Shown one piece after another: positions 49,696 through 58,904 of a DNA stretch of 64,000 nt. A program made the translations under genes and the position numbers. The DNA is from a virus. The number at the start of each line of letters is the position of its first letter. Position 1 is the stretch's first letter. The stretch covers positions 32,001-96,000 of IMG/VR virus record IMGVR_UViG_3300027769_001114, one strand, 5' to 3'. A model generated the notes under the pieces. The model had not been told where the DNA came from and did no database searches. It was given only the letters and a program-made list of their open reading frames with translations.

Positions 49696-49998
49696 TTAGA
49701 GAAAATGCTTTGCGATACTTGCTACGGCAAGCACGCACCAAAGAAGGTTGAACACGATAATCGTTGGCAATGTCTTCTTTGTTGATGTCCAGATCAGGCT
49801 TGCGCTGGAAGCGAGCGCAAAGATATAAAGCCACCACCACTGCTTGCCAAATAGCAAGCCTGGGAAGATGATGGCAATCTTCGTCATGAAGGCCCAAAAC
49901 TCAACGGCGTTTACCTTCGTCCAATAGCCCGGGGACGACATCGTCATCAAGGCGTCCTTCACATTGCCGTACGCACGTCGTGCTTTGTCTGCTCTCAT
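49696..49998 (-). CDS. Membrane protein
   Basis: Three hydrophobic segments. Confidence 0.65.
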   Translation of the reverse strand: MRADKARRAYGNVKDALMTMSSPGYWTKVNAVEFWAFMTKIAIIFPGLLFGKQWWWLYIFALASSASLIWTSTKKTLPTIIVFNLLWCVLAVASIAKHFL

Positions 49999-50143
49999 TC
50001 GTTGTCCTCGGTTGGCCGATATGTGAATACAACCAATGTTTCCTTATCTCTGGCAACAGGGTCGCCAGCTGGCCACTCCTCATCCATTGGGATCTCGATG
50101 ATACGGAATGTCAATCCGTCAACGACTACTTCCCTCTCTGGAC

Positions 50144-50509
50144 CTACGGCCACTTACTTGCCTGACCGGGACAAAGTGTGATGATGGCAGAAGACACGAC
50201 CGAACGTTGGAGGACGGCGTCACCCTCGTCATCAGAACCTTCGTTGATCCTTGCCTCTACACCTTCTGAACCCATCCCAAGACCGATGGCGTAACACCAG
50301 GTGTTGCCAAGTTCTATGAGTTCGGTGTCAGTTTTGTTGATCGGCGGCAGGTACGAAGACTTAAAGTCTTCAAGGAAAGCAGACTCTGCTTGGGTGTTGC
50401 GCAATACGGGGATCTCATCGTTATCCGAACCACTAAAGCGCCCTGAGGCGATGGAAGCGATGAGTACCACGAGGGCGATCGCCCACGAGATATAGGCGGC
50501 TTTCTTCAT
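50144..50509 (-). CDS. DUF732-like exported protein
   Basis: N-terminal TM; LG..WC.....G ... A...LCP. Confidence 0.7.
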   Translation of the reverse strand: MKKAAYISWAIALVVLIASIASGRFSGSDNDEIPVLRNTQAESAFLEDFKSSYLPPINKTDTELIELGNTWCYAIGLGMGSEGVEARINEGSDDEGDAVLQRSVVSSAIITLCPGQASKWP

Positions 50510-50940
50510 TCGCTAAACTTGTACTCTTGCTCAGGGCAGAAGTTGAGGATGGCCGAAGCAACTACTGAAGTCAGAAGTTCCTCAATGTCTGGGTCGCCAT
50601 CTGCTGATGAAGCAATCGCGCTGATCGTCTCGTAAGCCGTACCGCCACTACGAAGAGCCTCGCAAGTTGCGTAGCCAGCGTCAATCATGTCTTGGTCTTC
50701 CAAGTAGATCGCATTGTCATAACTTGTGTTGATGTCGTAGATGAACTCGTCTTCGTCTGTGTAGACGGGTTCGGGTGCTGATGTCGCAATCGGTGCGTCA
50801 GTCGTTTTGACAACTTTCTCAGTTGTTTCAGGGCTGTTCGGCACTTCTGTGTCTGTTACATAAATGGTCTTAGTTCCGCCACACGAGGCGAGAGCCATGG
50901 CAATAACGCCGATGATTGTTGTTGTCCTGAATAGTTTCAT
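50506..50940 (-). CDS. DUF732-like lipoprotein
   Basis: Lipobox LASC; AGY.TC..LR.G ... A...FCPE. Confidence 0.75.
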   Translation of the reverse strand: MKLFRTTTIIGVIAMALASCGGTKTIYVTDTEVPNSPETTEKVVKTTDAPIATSAPEPVYTDEDEFIYDINTSYDNAIYLEDQDMIDAGYATCEALRSGGTAYETISAIASSADGDPDIEELLTSVVASAILNFCPEQEYKFSE

Positions 50941-50963
50941 ATCATTCCTTTTGTTGGTTGCGG

Positions 50964-51437
50964 TCAATCTAGTTCGTCGGGATACCGGCGCCAAGTTACT
51001 TCGGTGCCATGATCCCAATAAGTGGGGATCATGCCAATGGCCCGAGCAGCGATATCTATTTCGGCAACCATCTTGGGGAGCTCCCTGTCGAGGTTGATCA
51101 GCCACGAGGCACAGAAGAGTTGCTCCGACCAGTAGGCCATCGCCGCCGGTAGGAGTCCCCTGATCTCAGCATGGTGTGGGTGGACTATGTCGTCAGCGAC
51201 GAGTTCCATACCTTCAGGAGTGACGACCATGCTCCTCATCGTCCCAGGCGTGGACTTGATATACCCACGTTTCTGCATATGGTTGATCACACCCTGAGCC
51301 GATGCCGACGACGAGTAGCCGATGTGCCTGCCAATCTCCCTGACCGACGGCGGGTAACCCCGAACGGACATCGTGTTCACTATGAAGGCGATGACTTTGG
51401 CGTGCGTCTCCGTGGATGACTCTGATGCGTAACTCAT
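50964..51437 (-). CDS. LexA-type DNA-binding domain protein (no peptidase domain)
   Basis: RGYPPSVREIG...GYSS.AS......M..RGYI...PG..RS. Confidence 0.8.
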   Translation of the reverse strand: MSYASESSTETHAKVIAFIVNTMSVRGYPPSVREIGRHIGYSSSASAQGVINHMQKRGYIKSTPGTMRSMVVTPEGMELVADDIVHPHHAEIRGLLPAAMAYWSEQLFCASWLINLDRELPKMVAEIDIAARAIGMIPTYWDHGTEVTWRRYPDELD

Positions 51438-51706
51438 GCGAGTTCCCTGGCGATATCCCACCAGGCTTGCCCCCATACATTTGATGGGTGCTTGCCTAGA
51501 TGGCAGGCGACTTCGTCGGCCCTGTGGACACTCAGTCCACTTTCCATCCAATGCCTAAGCGACGCACGGGTGAAACCGCACGCCTCGGCTATCGTCCCAA
51601 GATCTGTTCCTGGATCCCACATTGAGATCAACGGTGCGACCGGGAGGCGGGCCTGGCTTCCGCGTTTCCTTAGTTTCTTAGTCGGTGTCTGCGTCTCTGC
51701 GATCAT
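51434..51706 (-). CDS. HTH DNA-binding protein
   Basis: IAEACGFTRASLRHW...G...ADEVACHLG.HP. Confidence 0.7.
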   Translation of the reverse strand: MIAETQTPTKKLRKRGSQARLPVAPLISMWDPGTDLGTIAEACGFTRASLRHWMESGLSVHRADEVACHLGKHPSNVWGQAWWDIARELA

Positions 51707-52376
51707 CGAGTACAGAAAGTACCCTCTCCACGGCAGTTTGTCCAATCCCCTCGCCGGAATACTCCCAACCGCCACCCTCCCTGCTCGTCCATCGCATAGA
51801 TGGAAGCGGAATCTTTACGCCAAAGGTGTCTTCGTTTGACTTACCGGCACCACGCACGAGCTCCTGTGTCAATACCGCTTCCTTCACATGGCGCACTATC
51901 TCGTTCCTGCCGTATAGGTAGAGGTGGGCTGTCGGGCTAGTGGCGTTGACATATATGGTCACCCTCGCCGAAGCGATCGTGTGGATGGAAGGACTGACGA
52001 GATCCGGTGTCCCAAAAGCCACGAGTTGCTTATGGCCGACTCGGTCGTCCCAGACATTCGCATCTGCTAGATCCCAATACTCAATGCCGATAGCTTCTGC
52101 AACACGTTGCATCCCATCGTGATGCAACTGATTACTTGTGACCTCACAGAGTTCAACAAAGTTCATCGGATACTTCTCGGGGTTGATCGGTTGTCCCTTG
52201 CACTCGCCGTACTCTCCGGACGGGAAGCACAGGTCGCCCTTCTCCCAGTTCTCTACGGAGTCTGTAACGACCCTCGGTTCAACTCCGATAACACGGCGAA
52301 AGAACTCCGTCGCCATTTCGAGCGCCGGACCTTCCTTGCCCCTGGCCAAACGGTATCCCTCATCCCTTGAGACCAC
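51678..52376 (-). CDS. Hypothetical protein, possible PD-(D/E)XK fold
   Basis: GDL......ECK...N..E. Confidence 0.55.
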   Translation of the reverse strand: MVSRDEGYRLARGKEGPALEMATEFFRRVIGVEPRVVTDSVENWEKGDLCFPSGEYGECKGQPINPEKYPMNFVELCEVTSNQLHHDGMQRVAEAIGIEYWDLADANVWDDRVGHKQLVAFGTPDLVSPSIHTIASARVTIYVNATSPTAHLYLYGRNEIVRHVKEAVLTQELVRGAGKSNEDTFGVKIPLPSMRWTSREGGGWEYSGEGIGQTAVERVLSVLDDRRDADTD

Positions 52377-52381
52377 GGATA

Positions 52382-52822
52382 TCAGGCCGACTTTGGGGTG
52401 TTGTTGGTCGCTGCCACCCCAAGCAGGGAAGCGAAACGGGCGCTATCAGGGTGCGAAAGCAGTCTGTTTCCGACGATCTTGTACATAACCCCTTTACCAT
52501 AACGTGTTCTGGCCACAAAACCGGCGGATACGAGCTCCGCAGCGACCTTTTGGACACGTCCTTCCGACCATCCGAGCCTGTTGCCGAAAACCCTCAGAGT
52601 CCCGGTGGGAGTCGCTGCCATCTCGCACAACAAACGCCCGTGAGAAGAGAAGAGGGACACAGTCGGCTCCTTGCGCACGACTCCGAAACCTTCAAGGGCG
52701 GAGGCGATTGCGGACGCAAGCATCTCAGGATCACCCGCAAACGAGACGGCGATCGACTTAATGACCTCGGATACGACCTGCGGGTCAACTGCGTTCCATG
52801 TAGTTACATTGGCGTCATTCAT
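52382..52822 (-). CDS. Winged-HTH (MarR-like) protein
   Basis: LGWSEGRVQKVAAELVSAGFVAR. Confidence 0.65.
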   Translation of the reverse strand: MNDANVTTWNAVDPQVVSEVIKSIAVSFAGDPEMLASAIASALEGFGVVRKEPTVSLFSSHGRLLCEMAATPTGTLRVFGNRLGWSEGRVQKVAAELVSAGFVARTRYGKGVMYKIVGNRLLSHPDSARFASLLGVAATNNTPKSA

Positions 52823-52918
52823 GTTGCCCCCGATGCTACTCTTTTGATCGGTGGCAACGCGTCATCTCCCACATATGGGGTCTTTGGGGTACTTATGCTC
52901 AGCAGGGAGTTACCGAGA

Positions 52919-53185
52919 ATGACTACGAAGAACCAAGCAAGCGGTCTGGCATCGCTTCTCAAGGATCTATCTAGCGGTCCGGCACGGAAGTGCAATGTGG
53001 CAAAACTTCTGGAGACTGTGGATAGCGATACTGCGTCCGCCCTTCAGACGGCACTTGACACGGCAACGGTCTCAAACAACAAGATCAGAGCTGCCTTGCT
53101 CACCGAGGGCATCAGGATGTCCCGCGACACTATCGGCGATCACCGCCGCGGTCGTTGCTCGTGCTCAATGGGGGCCACTAAATGA
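52919..53185 (+). CDS. Hypothetical protein (Cys/His C-terminus)
   Basis: C...HRRGRCSC; overlaps the next gene. Confidence 0.65.
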   Translation: MTTKNQASGLASLLKDLSSGPARKCNVAKLLETVDSDTASALQTALDTATVSNNKIRAALLTEGIRMSRDTIGDHRRGRCSCSMGATK

Positions 53186-54354
53186 GTCTCGGAGATCACC
53201 TGGGTGGGATAGTCGCCGAAGAGGCGTCCAAGATCACCAACAAACAACGCAAGGACGCACTCGGCAAGATCGCCCAAATGCTCGAGAGGCAGGGCATTGA
53301 CCCCGCCGAAATCGGACAAGTCAAACGCGTCTCCCTTTATCAGACGATCACTAAGGGCGAGGACGGCGAAGCCGAAGTCCACGACCTGACCGCAATCCAG
53401 TTCTCGCCCGCATGGCAGGACGGCCCGCAATGGCCAGTGATAGCACAAGGGCCGAACATCAAACTGCCCCCCACGAAACCCTCCAAGACCGAGGCTAGGG
53501 ACTACAAGAGGGCAGTCATCCTCCCCGATATTCAAGCCGGCTACTACAGGCTTGCCGACGACTCACTTGTTTCCATCCACGATGAGAGGGCGATTGCCGC
53601 CGCACTACAGGTGGTCAAGGCGGCCAAGCCCGACAAGATCATCATGAACGGTGACAACCTCGACCTTGCTGAGATGGGCAAGTACATCGTCACTCCGGCC
53701 TACCAACGGACAACTCAGGCAACCATTGACTGGATGACCACGTTCTGCGCCACCCTGAGGCATCTCGCCCCGGAAGCCGAGATCGTATGGATCGCTGGCA
53801 ACCACGAGGAACGCCTCCCAAAGTACATTGTCCAGAACGCAACCGCTTCGTTCGGTCTCAGGCAGGGGAACGCCCCAGACTCCTGGCCTGTTATGTCCGT
53901 ACCACACTTGTGTCGTCTCAACGAGTGGGGAGTCACCTACCTGCCGGGATACCCAACCGGATCGCATTGGATCAACAACCGTTTCCGTGTTATCCACGGG
54001 CACAAGGTTGCCTCAGGTGGCTCAACCGCCCACAAGTACCTGGCCACCGAGAAGACCTCGGTCATCTACGGACATATCCACAGGATTGAACTCGCCCACA
54101 GGACGAGGGACGACTGGGACGGGCCGAAGACAATCCTCGCCGCATCTGCCGGTTGTCTCGCCAAGGTGTCGGGAGAAGTCCCATCCACCAAGGGCGGAAC
54201 AGACCTAGACGGCCGACCACTCCCACAGACCGAGGACTGGCAACAGGGTATGGCAGTCGTCGACTATGAAGAGGGCGAAGGCGACTTCCACCTAGAGATC
54301 GTGCCAATCATGAACGGTGTCGCACGGTGGCATGGGAAGAACTACGGAGGCTGA
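53182..54354 (+). CDS. Calcineurin-like metallophosphoesterase
   Basis: PDIQ, NGDNLD, GNHEER, IHGH, GHIH. Confidence 0.9.
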   Translation: MSLGDHLGGIVAEEASKITNKQRKDALGKIAQMLERQGIDPAEIGQVKRVSLYQTITKGEDGEAEVHDLTAIQFSPAWQDGPQWPVIAQGPNIKLPPTKPSKTEARDYKRAVILPDIQAGYYRLADDSLVSIHDERAIAAALQVVKAAKPDKIIMNGDNLDLAEMGKYIVTPAYQRTTQATIDWMTTFCATLRHLAPEAEIVWIAGNHEERLPKYIVQNATASFGLRQGNAPDSWPVMSVPHLCRLNEWGVTYLPGYPTGSHWINNRFRVIHGHKVASGGSTAHKYLATEKTSVIYGHIHRIELAHRTRDDWDGPKTILAASAGCLAKVSGEVPSTKGGTDLDGRPLPQTEDWQQGMAVVDYEEGEGDFHLEIVPIMNGVARWHGKNYGG

Positions 54355-54355
54355 C

Positions 54356-54580
54356 TTGTCGGATCTCCCTGTTGCTGTACAGGTCATACCGTTCGTCCTT
54401 TCCCTCGCCGCATTGGTAGAGGCAAGGCGGGCCGTGAACCTGTCCCGACGGGCCGAGCCTGAACCTCCTGTGGTTACCGACAAGGTTGATCAGTTGATAG
54501 GGGAGATCATGGACTGGGAGACCATGCGCCGTGTTGAAGAGTGGACCGACAGTCTTGATTGGGAGGACGACGAGGAATGA
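54356..54580 (+). CDS. Small hypothetical protein
   Basis: Fills the gap; ATGA-coupled to the protease gene. Confidence 0.5.
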   Translation: MSDLPVAVQVIPFVLSLAALVEARRAVNLSRRAEPEPPVVTDKVDQLIGEIMDWETMRRVEEWTDSLDWEDDEE

Positions 54581-55203
54581 CAACCATCATCGGAATCCAA
54601 GGGGACGGATGGGCGTTCATCGCCGCCGACTCTCGAGTCTCCTCCTGGGACGGGTCGGTCGCCTATCAGAACGCCACCATGACACCGATGGCCGGCAAGG
54701 TTGCTCAGAACGGTAAGTGGTTACTCGCCGCGGCAGGAGACATCCGTGCGATCAACCTCCTCCACCACGCCTTCGTACCACCCGCACCGCATCCAAACCT
54801 CAAGGGGAGGAAGCTTGACCACTTCGTCACCACGAAGTTCGTACCTGCCCTACGGGAGTGCTTCGAGGACAACGGCTACGCAATGCCCGATAATGCGGCA
54901 AGGGAACACGCCGCCCAGCACTCCTCCACGATCCTCGCTGTCGTCAATGCCACGATCTACGTAATGGACGGAGACTACTCATGGACAACAGACTCAACGG
55001 GTCTGTATGCCATCGGGTCGGGAGGACAGTACGCCCTCGGTGCGATCCACGCCTTGAGGGGAAGCAAGGGGATTGACACCCCACAGCAGGCGAGAACAAT
55101 CGCTACTAAGGCGATGTCAGTCTCGTCTCGGCTTGATCCATACACCGGACCACCCGTCACCACACACCTTCAGACGACCGATACGAAGAACGACAAGACA
55201 TGA
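54577..55203 (+). CDS. HslV/proteasome-beta-like Ntn protease
   Basis: M-TTIIG...AADSR...K; AIGSGGQYALG; N-terminal Thr. Confidence 0.88.
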   Translation: MTTIIGIQGDGWAFIAADSRVSSWDGSVAYQNATMTPMAGKVAQNGKWLLAAAGDIRAINLLHHAFVPPAPHPNLKGRKLDHFVTTKFVPALRECFEDNGYAMPDNAAREHAAQHSSTILAVVNATIYVMDGDYSWTTDSTGLYAIGSGGQYALGAIHALRGSKGIDTPQQARTIATKAMSVSSRLDPYTGPPVTTHLQTTDTKNDKT

Positions 55204-55538
55204 CACGTCGAGATGATAGGCAAGCATGGACCAGTAGAGCAGCCTGTAAGGGGCAAACTGCGACAATGTTCCCAGCACACCATAAAGACACGCAATACAT
55301 CGTTGCAGCCCGCAAGGTGTGCGATGAGTGCCCCGTCAGACGGGAGTGCCTGGACTACGCCCTCGAGTACCCGCCAGCAGATATGCACGGCGTGTGGGCA
55401 GGGCTAACGCCGAGGCAACTGGCCGCCGAGCAGAGGCGAAGAGGCATCCGTCCCGTGCGACCGACCATCAGCCAACTGTGGGCGGAGCTTGCCGGACGGG
55501 GGCGGGACCGTCAGGAACGGCAGACCCCGGGCGAGTGA
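55200..55538 (+). CDS. whiB: WhiB family transcription factor
   Basis: W..RAAC...C..CPVRREC...GVWAG. Confidence 0.93.
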   Translation: MTRRDDRQAWTSRAACKGQTATMFPAHHKDTQYIVAARKVCDECPVRRECLDYALEYPPADMHGVWAGLTPRQLAAEQRRRGIRPVRPTISQLWAELAGRGRDRQERQTPGE

Positions 55539-55917
55539 CACGGACTCCACACTCGGAGCAGTAGTGGAGACCGGCAGCCTCGTCCGTCCGTTCGGAGGCG
55601 GGGCATGGCCAGGCCTTGCCACACGGAGCGACAAGCGGTGATCCCGTGATCCATGAGGAGAGTGTCTCGACGAGTGTCGGTGTGTCGTGTGGCGTGTGCT
55701 GTGATGTGTCGTGTGGCGTGTCGTGAAGAGTGGTGTCGTGTGTCGTTTCGTGCGATGTGATGCGTGAGGCTTCTATGAGCACCGAGGCGGCCCAGGCGTT
55801 CACCGTCATGCCGGCGGATGTAGCCGCATCAAGGCAAGCGTTCTTGACCCATCCGGGAACACGGACATAGACGACGGCGTTGGCGTCAGGCTTGTGACGT
55901 AGAGGCTTCTGAGGCAT
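55468..55917 (-). CDS. Ribbon-helix-helix-like protein with HDT repeats and zinc ribbon
   Basis: VYVRVP..VK....AA...GMTVNAW; PCG..WPC...CSECG. Confidence 0.65.
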   Translation of the reverse strand: MPQKPLRHKPDANAVVYVRVPGWVKNACLDAATSAGMTVNAWAASVLIEASRITSHETTHDTTLHDTPHDTSQHTPHDTPTLVETLSSWITGSPLVAPCGKAWPCPASERTDEAAGLHYCSECGVRVTRPGSAVPDGPAPVRQAPPTVG

Positions 55918-56080
55918 CCCTGTCCACCAAGGACTGCAAGTACTCCGACATCGTCAGGCCGTAGAGGTCTGCCATCTCGGCCGCTAGGTTCTTCGTACGG
56001 GCCGGCACGCGCACCGTGATCTTCGCTGTCGTCCCGTCGAGCGCGATGACAGGCGGGCGACCCTGCCTACCGTTAGCCAT
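55886..56080 (-). CDS. Ribbon-helix-helix protein
   Basis: GRPP...ITVRVP..TK......A..YGLTMSEYL..LV. Confidence 0.75.
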   Translation of the reverse strand: MANGRQGRPPVIALDGTTAKITVRVPARTKNLAAEMADLYGLTMSEYLQSLVDRDASEASTSQA

Positions 56081-56148
56081 TAGTGGAACGGTCTCACGAG
56101 GACGAAGACCATCATGGCGGCAAGGACGAGGAGTAGCCCCGGCCTCAT
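56080..56148 (-). CDS. 22-aa hydrophobic microprotein
   Basis: MRPGLLLVLAAMMVFVLVRPFH; ATGA and TAATG coupling. Confidence 0.5.
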   Translation of the reverse strand: MRPGLLLVLAAMMVFVLVRPFH

Positions 56149-56480
56149 GATGACAACCTCGCCCCGCAGTCGTTGCAGAACTGCGCCCAGGGATACACCC
56201 TGCGTGACTTGTGTGGACAGTCGAGGATCGGCACGGCCTTCTCGTCAGTAGCGACCCGGATGAACTCTGACATCGAGACACCAGACTTCTCGGCCGCATC
56301 CTTCCAGCGGTCACGTGTAGCGGCCGGAACCCGGACGATTACCTGGACCGTTCCCTCACCGGGGGCCGCCCCGGTTGGCGAGGAGATGCCGGTGCCGGTG
56401 TCCTCCAGGGCCTCGGCCATCGCAGCTTCGACCTCAGGTCTCACGTCCGCTTGATTCTTCTCGTTCTGGTTCCTGATCAT
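56145..56480 (-). CDS. Ribbon-helix-helix protein with zinc ribbon
   Basis: VIVRVP..TRDRWK.AA...GVSMSEFIR; CPH...CNDCG. Confidence 0.75.
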   Translation of the reverse strand: MIRNQNEKNQADVRPEVEAAMAEALEDTGTGISSPTGAAPGEGTVQVIVRVPAATRDRWKDAAEKSGVSMSEFIRVATDEKAVPILDCPHKSRRVYPWAQFCNDCGARLSS

Positions 56481-57078
56481 CCCGTGACTCTCCTTCTGAT
56501 ATTTCCGCCGTTGTGCCGGCGGGTAGTGATAGCAGTTGATCCATCGTACCTTGCGGCAGTACACCTGACCTCATCATGATGTCGAGGAGTTGACGGGCCT
56601 CCGTCTCCGGGTCGAAGGCGTCAGCGGCCGAAGCGGTTTGTGCGCCGGCGAGGACGGCCCGCTGTGGCGATGCCGTGTTGTCGACCGTTAAAGCGACGTT
56701 GACCTGCTCCATGCCGAGCAGGCGTGACCTGCGGTCCATGATGGCCAGGACTTGCTGCACCGCTTTCATATCCGGTTCGACGACGTGCTCCGTACCGTCC
56801 GGGGCAGCGACCTTGCGGTGCTGAGTCAGCGGCCAGAGGGCCTGCTGCAGGACGTCGAGCCGTTCGAGCTCCATGCGCAGCACTTCCGGGTAAGCCAGTA
56901 AAGCTTCCCGGTTGAGCTTCTGCAGGTTCCGCTGCACAGCGTTGTTCACGGCCCCGACCGAGATGCCGAACTTCTTCGATATCTCGTGAGTCGTGACCCC
57001 TGCTCGCCGCATGGCAAATATCCTCGAGTCGCGTTCGGCCAGGAACTCCCTGGTCAAACCCCTGTCGCTCTCTGCCAC
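56434..57078 (-). CDS. HTH protein, small-terminase-like
   Basis: MRRAG....EI...FGIS...V; ELERLD.L...LW...IMDRRSRLLG. Confidence 0.6.
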   Translation of the reverse strand: MAESDRGLTREFLAERDSRIFAMRRAGVTTHEISKKFGISVGAVNNAVQRNLQKLNREALLAYPEVLRMELERLDVLQQALWPLTQHRKVAAPDGTEHVVEPDMKAVQQVLAIMDRRSRLLGMEQVNVALTVDNTASPQRAVLAGAQTASAADAFDPETEARQLLDIMMRSGVLPQGTMDQLLSLPAGTTAEISEGESRDDQEPEREESSGRET

Positions 57079-57092
57079 CCGTGTGCCTCCGT

Positions 57093-58904
57093 CTAGTTGA
57101 CCTGCTCAAATGGTAGCACCGTGCCGCGTCGTAGCCTCTCCGGCCACTCGCGCATATCTCGCGGACCGCGCCACTGCTTGACCTGATACTCCAGGGTCGC
57201 TGCCGAGGCATCCGGAGCGAGGGCATACCCGAACTCGGGCCACCGCATCCATACCGATGATCCCATCGGCCTGAGATCGCGTCCCGAGAGGGCGTTGCCA
57301 AGCGGAGCGTGGTGCTCGAGCCAAAGCGCAACACCGAAGTTCGCTCGGAGATGGTCGAGGTACGTCGCCACTTCGATGGCAACCGCCTCAGCTGACCGGC
57401 CGCCTGGGTCAACGAACGCCTTGTAGAGAGGCCCGAGGACAAGCAACTGCGGCCGTGACTCCTCAATGACGTTCTCTAACCGAGATCTGTCAGCTGGGTT
57501 GAGGACGTTGATGCCGTCCGGCTTGATCCACAAGTGGGCCGATGCCGTTTCACGCTCGGGCCAGTTCTGCTTGACAGCGTCGACAATCCGCCGCGCGGTA
57601 CGTCTGATGATCCGTTCCGGGTTTTCAAGGTCGACCAGGAGTGTGCGAACCGGTGGGATGCGTGAATATGTGAACGGATGCACGCCGGCGGCGCAGCAGA
57701 TGGCCACCTGACGGGCCAGCATCGTCTTACCGACACCTTCGGCCGCCACAATCATGACTCGTTCCTGTTCTTCGAGGACACCCGGGATCAACCAGCGGTA
57801 TTCCTCATCGGATTCCGAGACCAACTCGGCCCAAGTGGTAAGCCTGCCGGGGTTCTTCTTGTCCGTGAGGGCCGCCAGGCCGTCCAGGAGCCTCCGGGCT
57901 TTGGACAGGCGAGTGTCGAGAAGCTCACGCTCATCTGAGAGCACCGAAGCGACCTGGCGAGCCACAGCATCACCCGGTGTCATCACTTCTTCCGTGACTG
58001 TCGGTTCAGCTAGGTCAAGTTCGCCGGCCGAGACCGTTGATCCGTCCAGTTCGACGACGTCTTCGATCGACCCGCCGGCCGAAATCATGTCAGCGACGTC
58101 TTTATGCGGTGGCGGCACCGTACGAAGCCGCACCTTGCAGCCCGCTTCTTCCAGCTGACCGGCAACATACGCAGCGTGGAGCATCCCGGGATCATCCCGG
58201 TCGGCGATGACCCAGATCTTTGAGCCGGCGAGCCACCGGGTGTGCTCGGGCCTCCACTTGTTGCCCATTCCATTATCGGCACCCATCGGGTTGCACGTCG
58301 CCGCGTGACCCAGATCGGCAAGTGCGTCGGCATCCTTCTCGCCCTCGACAACCCAGATCGGTTCTCCGGCCGAGACGGCCGCCATCACTTCGGGTAACCG
58401 ATAGAGGGGCCGTTCTTCAAGATGCGATGTCGACCATGTCCAGCCGCCGTTACCGTCGGGACACCGTTGCCGGAATGTCTTCCCGCCCTCTTCCGTCCGG
58501 TATCGGAGCACCTCCATGACGAGCGTGCCGTCGGGGTCGGTGTACGGATACGTCATGACTAGCTCGCCTGGGCCTGACTTCTTCTTTGGCTGCGTCAATG
58601 CGTGACCCTTCGTTTTGTCGTCGGTGTTCTTCTTTGGGCGCGGGATCGGCGTTCCCCGGTCAGCGTCGTCCGGCCATAGCTCGGTCGCTTCGATGCCTAC
58701 CGCTTTACAAATCTCGTCGAGGTCGCACGGTGTGCCGCGATGGCACGTAACAAGGACCTGACCTTGCGAACCGACACCGACCGAGAGCGATGGGTTCTTA
58801 TCATCGGCCCGGCATGGGCACTTAGCAGCCCATTCGTTCTTTGCGCCGGCCTTATGAACGCCGGATAACCGTGCGAGGAAATCTGATACTGGGTCAAGGC
58901 TCAC
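57093..58904 (-). CDS. Primase-helicase (Zn finger + TOPRIM + RecA-like/AAA_25)
   Basis: CPC..D..PSL...CH; VEGEKD; DRDDPG; AAEGVGKT; VDLEN; GSS. Confidence 0.92.
   Translation of the reverse strand: MSLDPVSDFLARLSGVHKAGAKNEWAAKCPCRADDKNPSLSVGVGSQGQVLVTCHRGTPCDLDEICKAVGIEATELWPDDADRGTPIPRPKKNTDDKTKGHALTQPKKKSGPGELVMTYPYTDPDGTLVMEVLRYRTEEGGKTFRQRCPDGNGGWTWSTSHLEERPLYRLPEVMAAVSAGEPIWVVEGEKDADALADLGHAATCNPMGADNGMGNKWRPEHTRWLAGSKIWVIADRDDPGMLHAAYVAGQLEEAGCKVRLRTVPPPHKDVADMISAGGSIEDVVELDGSTVSAGELDLAEPTVTEEVMTPGDAVARQVASVLSDERELLDTRLSKARRLLDGLAALTDKKNPGRLTTWAELVSESDEEYRWLIPGVLEEQERVMIVAAEGVGKTMLARQVAICCAAGVHPFTYSRIPPVRTLLVDLENPERIIRRTARRIVDAVKQNWPERETASAHLWIKPDGINVLNPADRSRLENVIEESRPQLLVLGPLYKAFVDPGGRSAEAVAIEVATYLDHLRANFGVALWLEHHAPLGNALSGRDLRPMGSSVWMRWPEFGYALAPDASAATLEYQVKQWRGPRDMREWPERLRRGTVLPFEQVN

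Noticed and set aside
56621-57466. 281-aa alternative-frame ORF
   Set aside because: Overlaps the primase-helicase and HTH genes out of frame and has non-protein-like composition.
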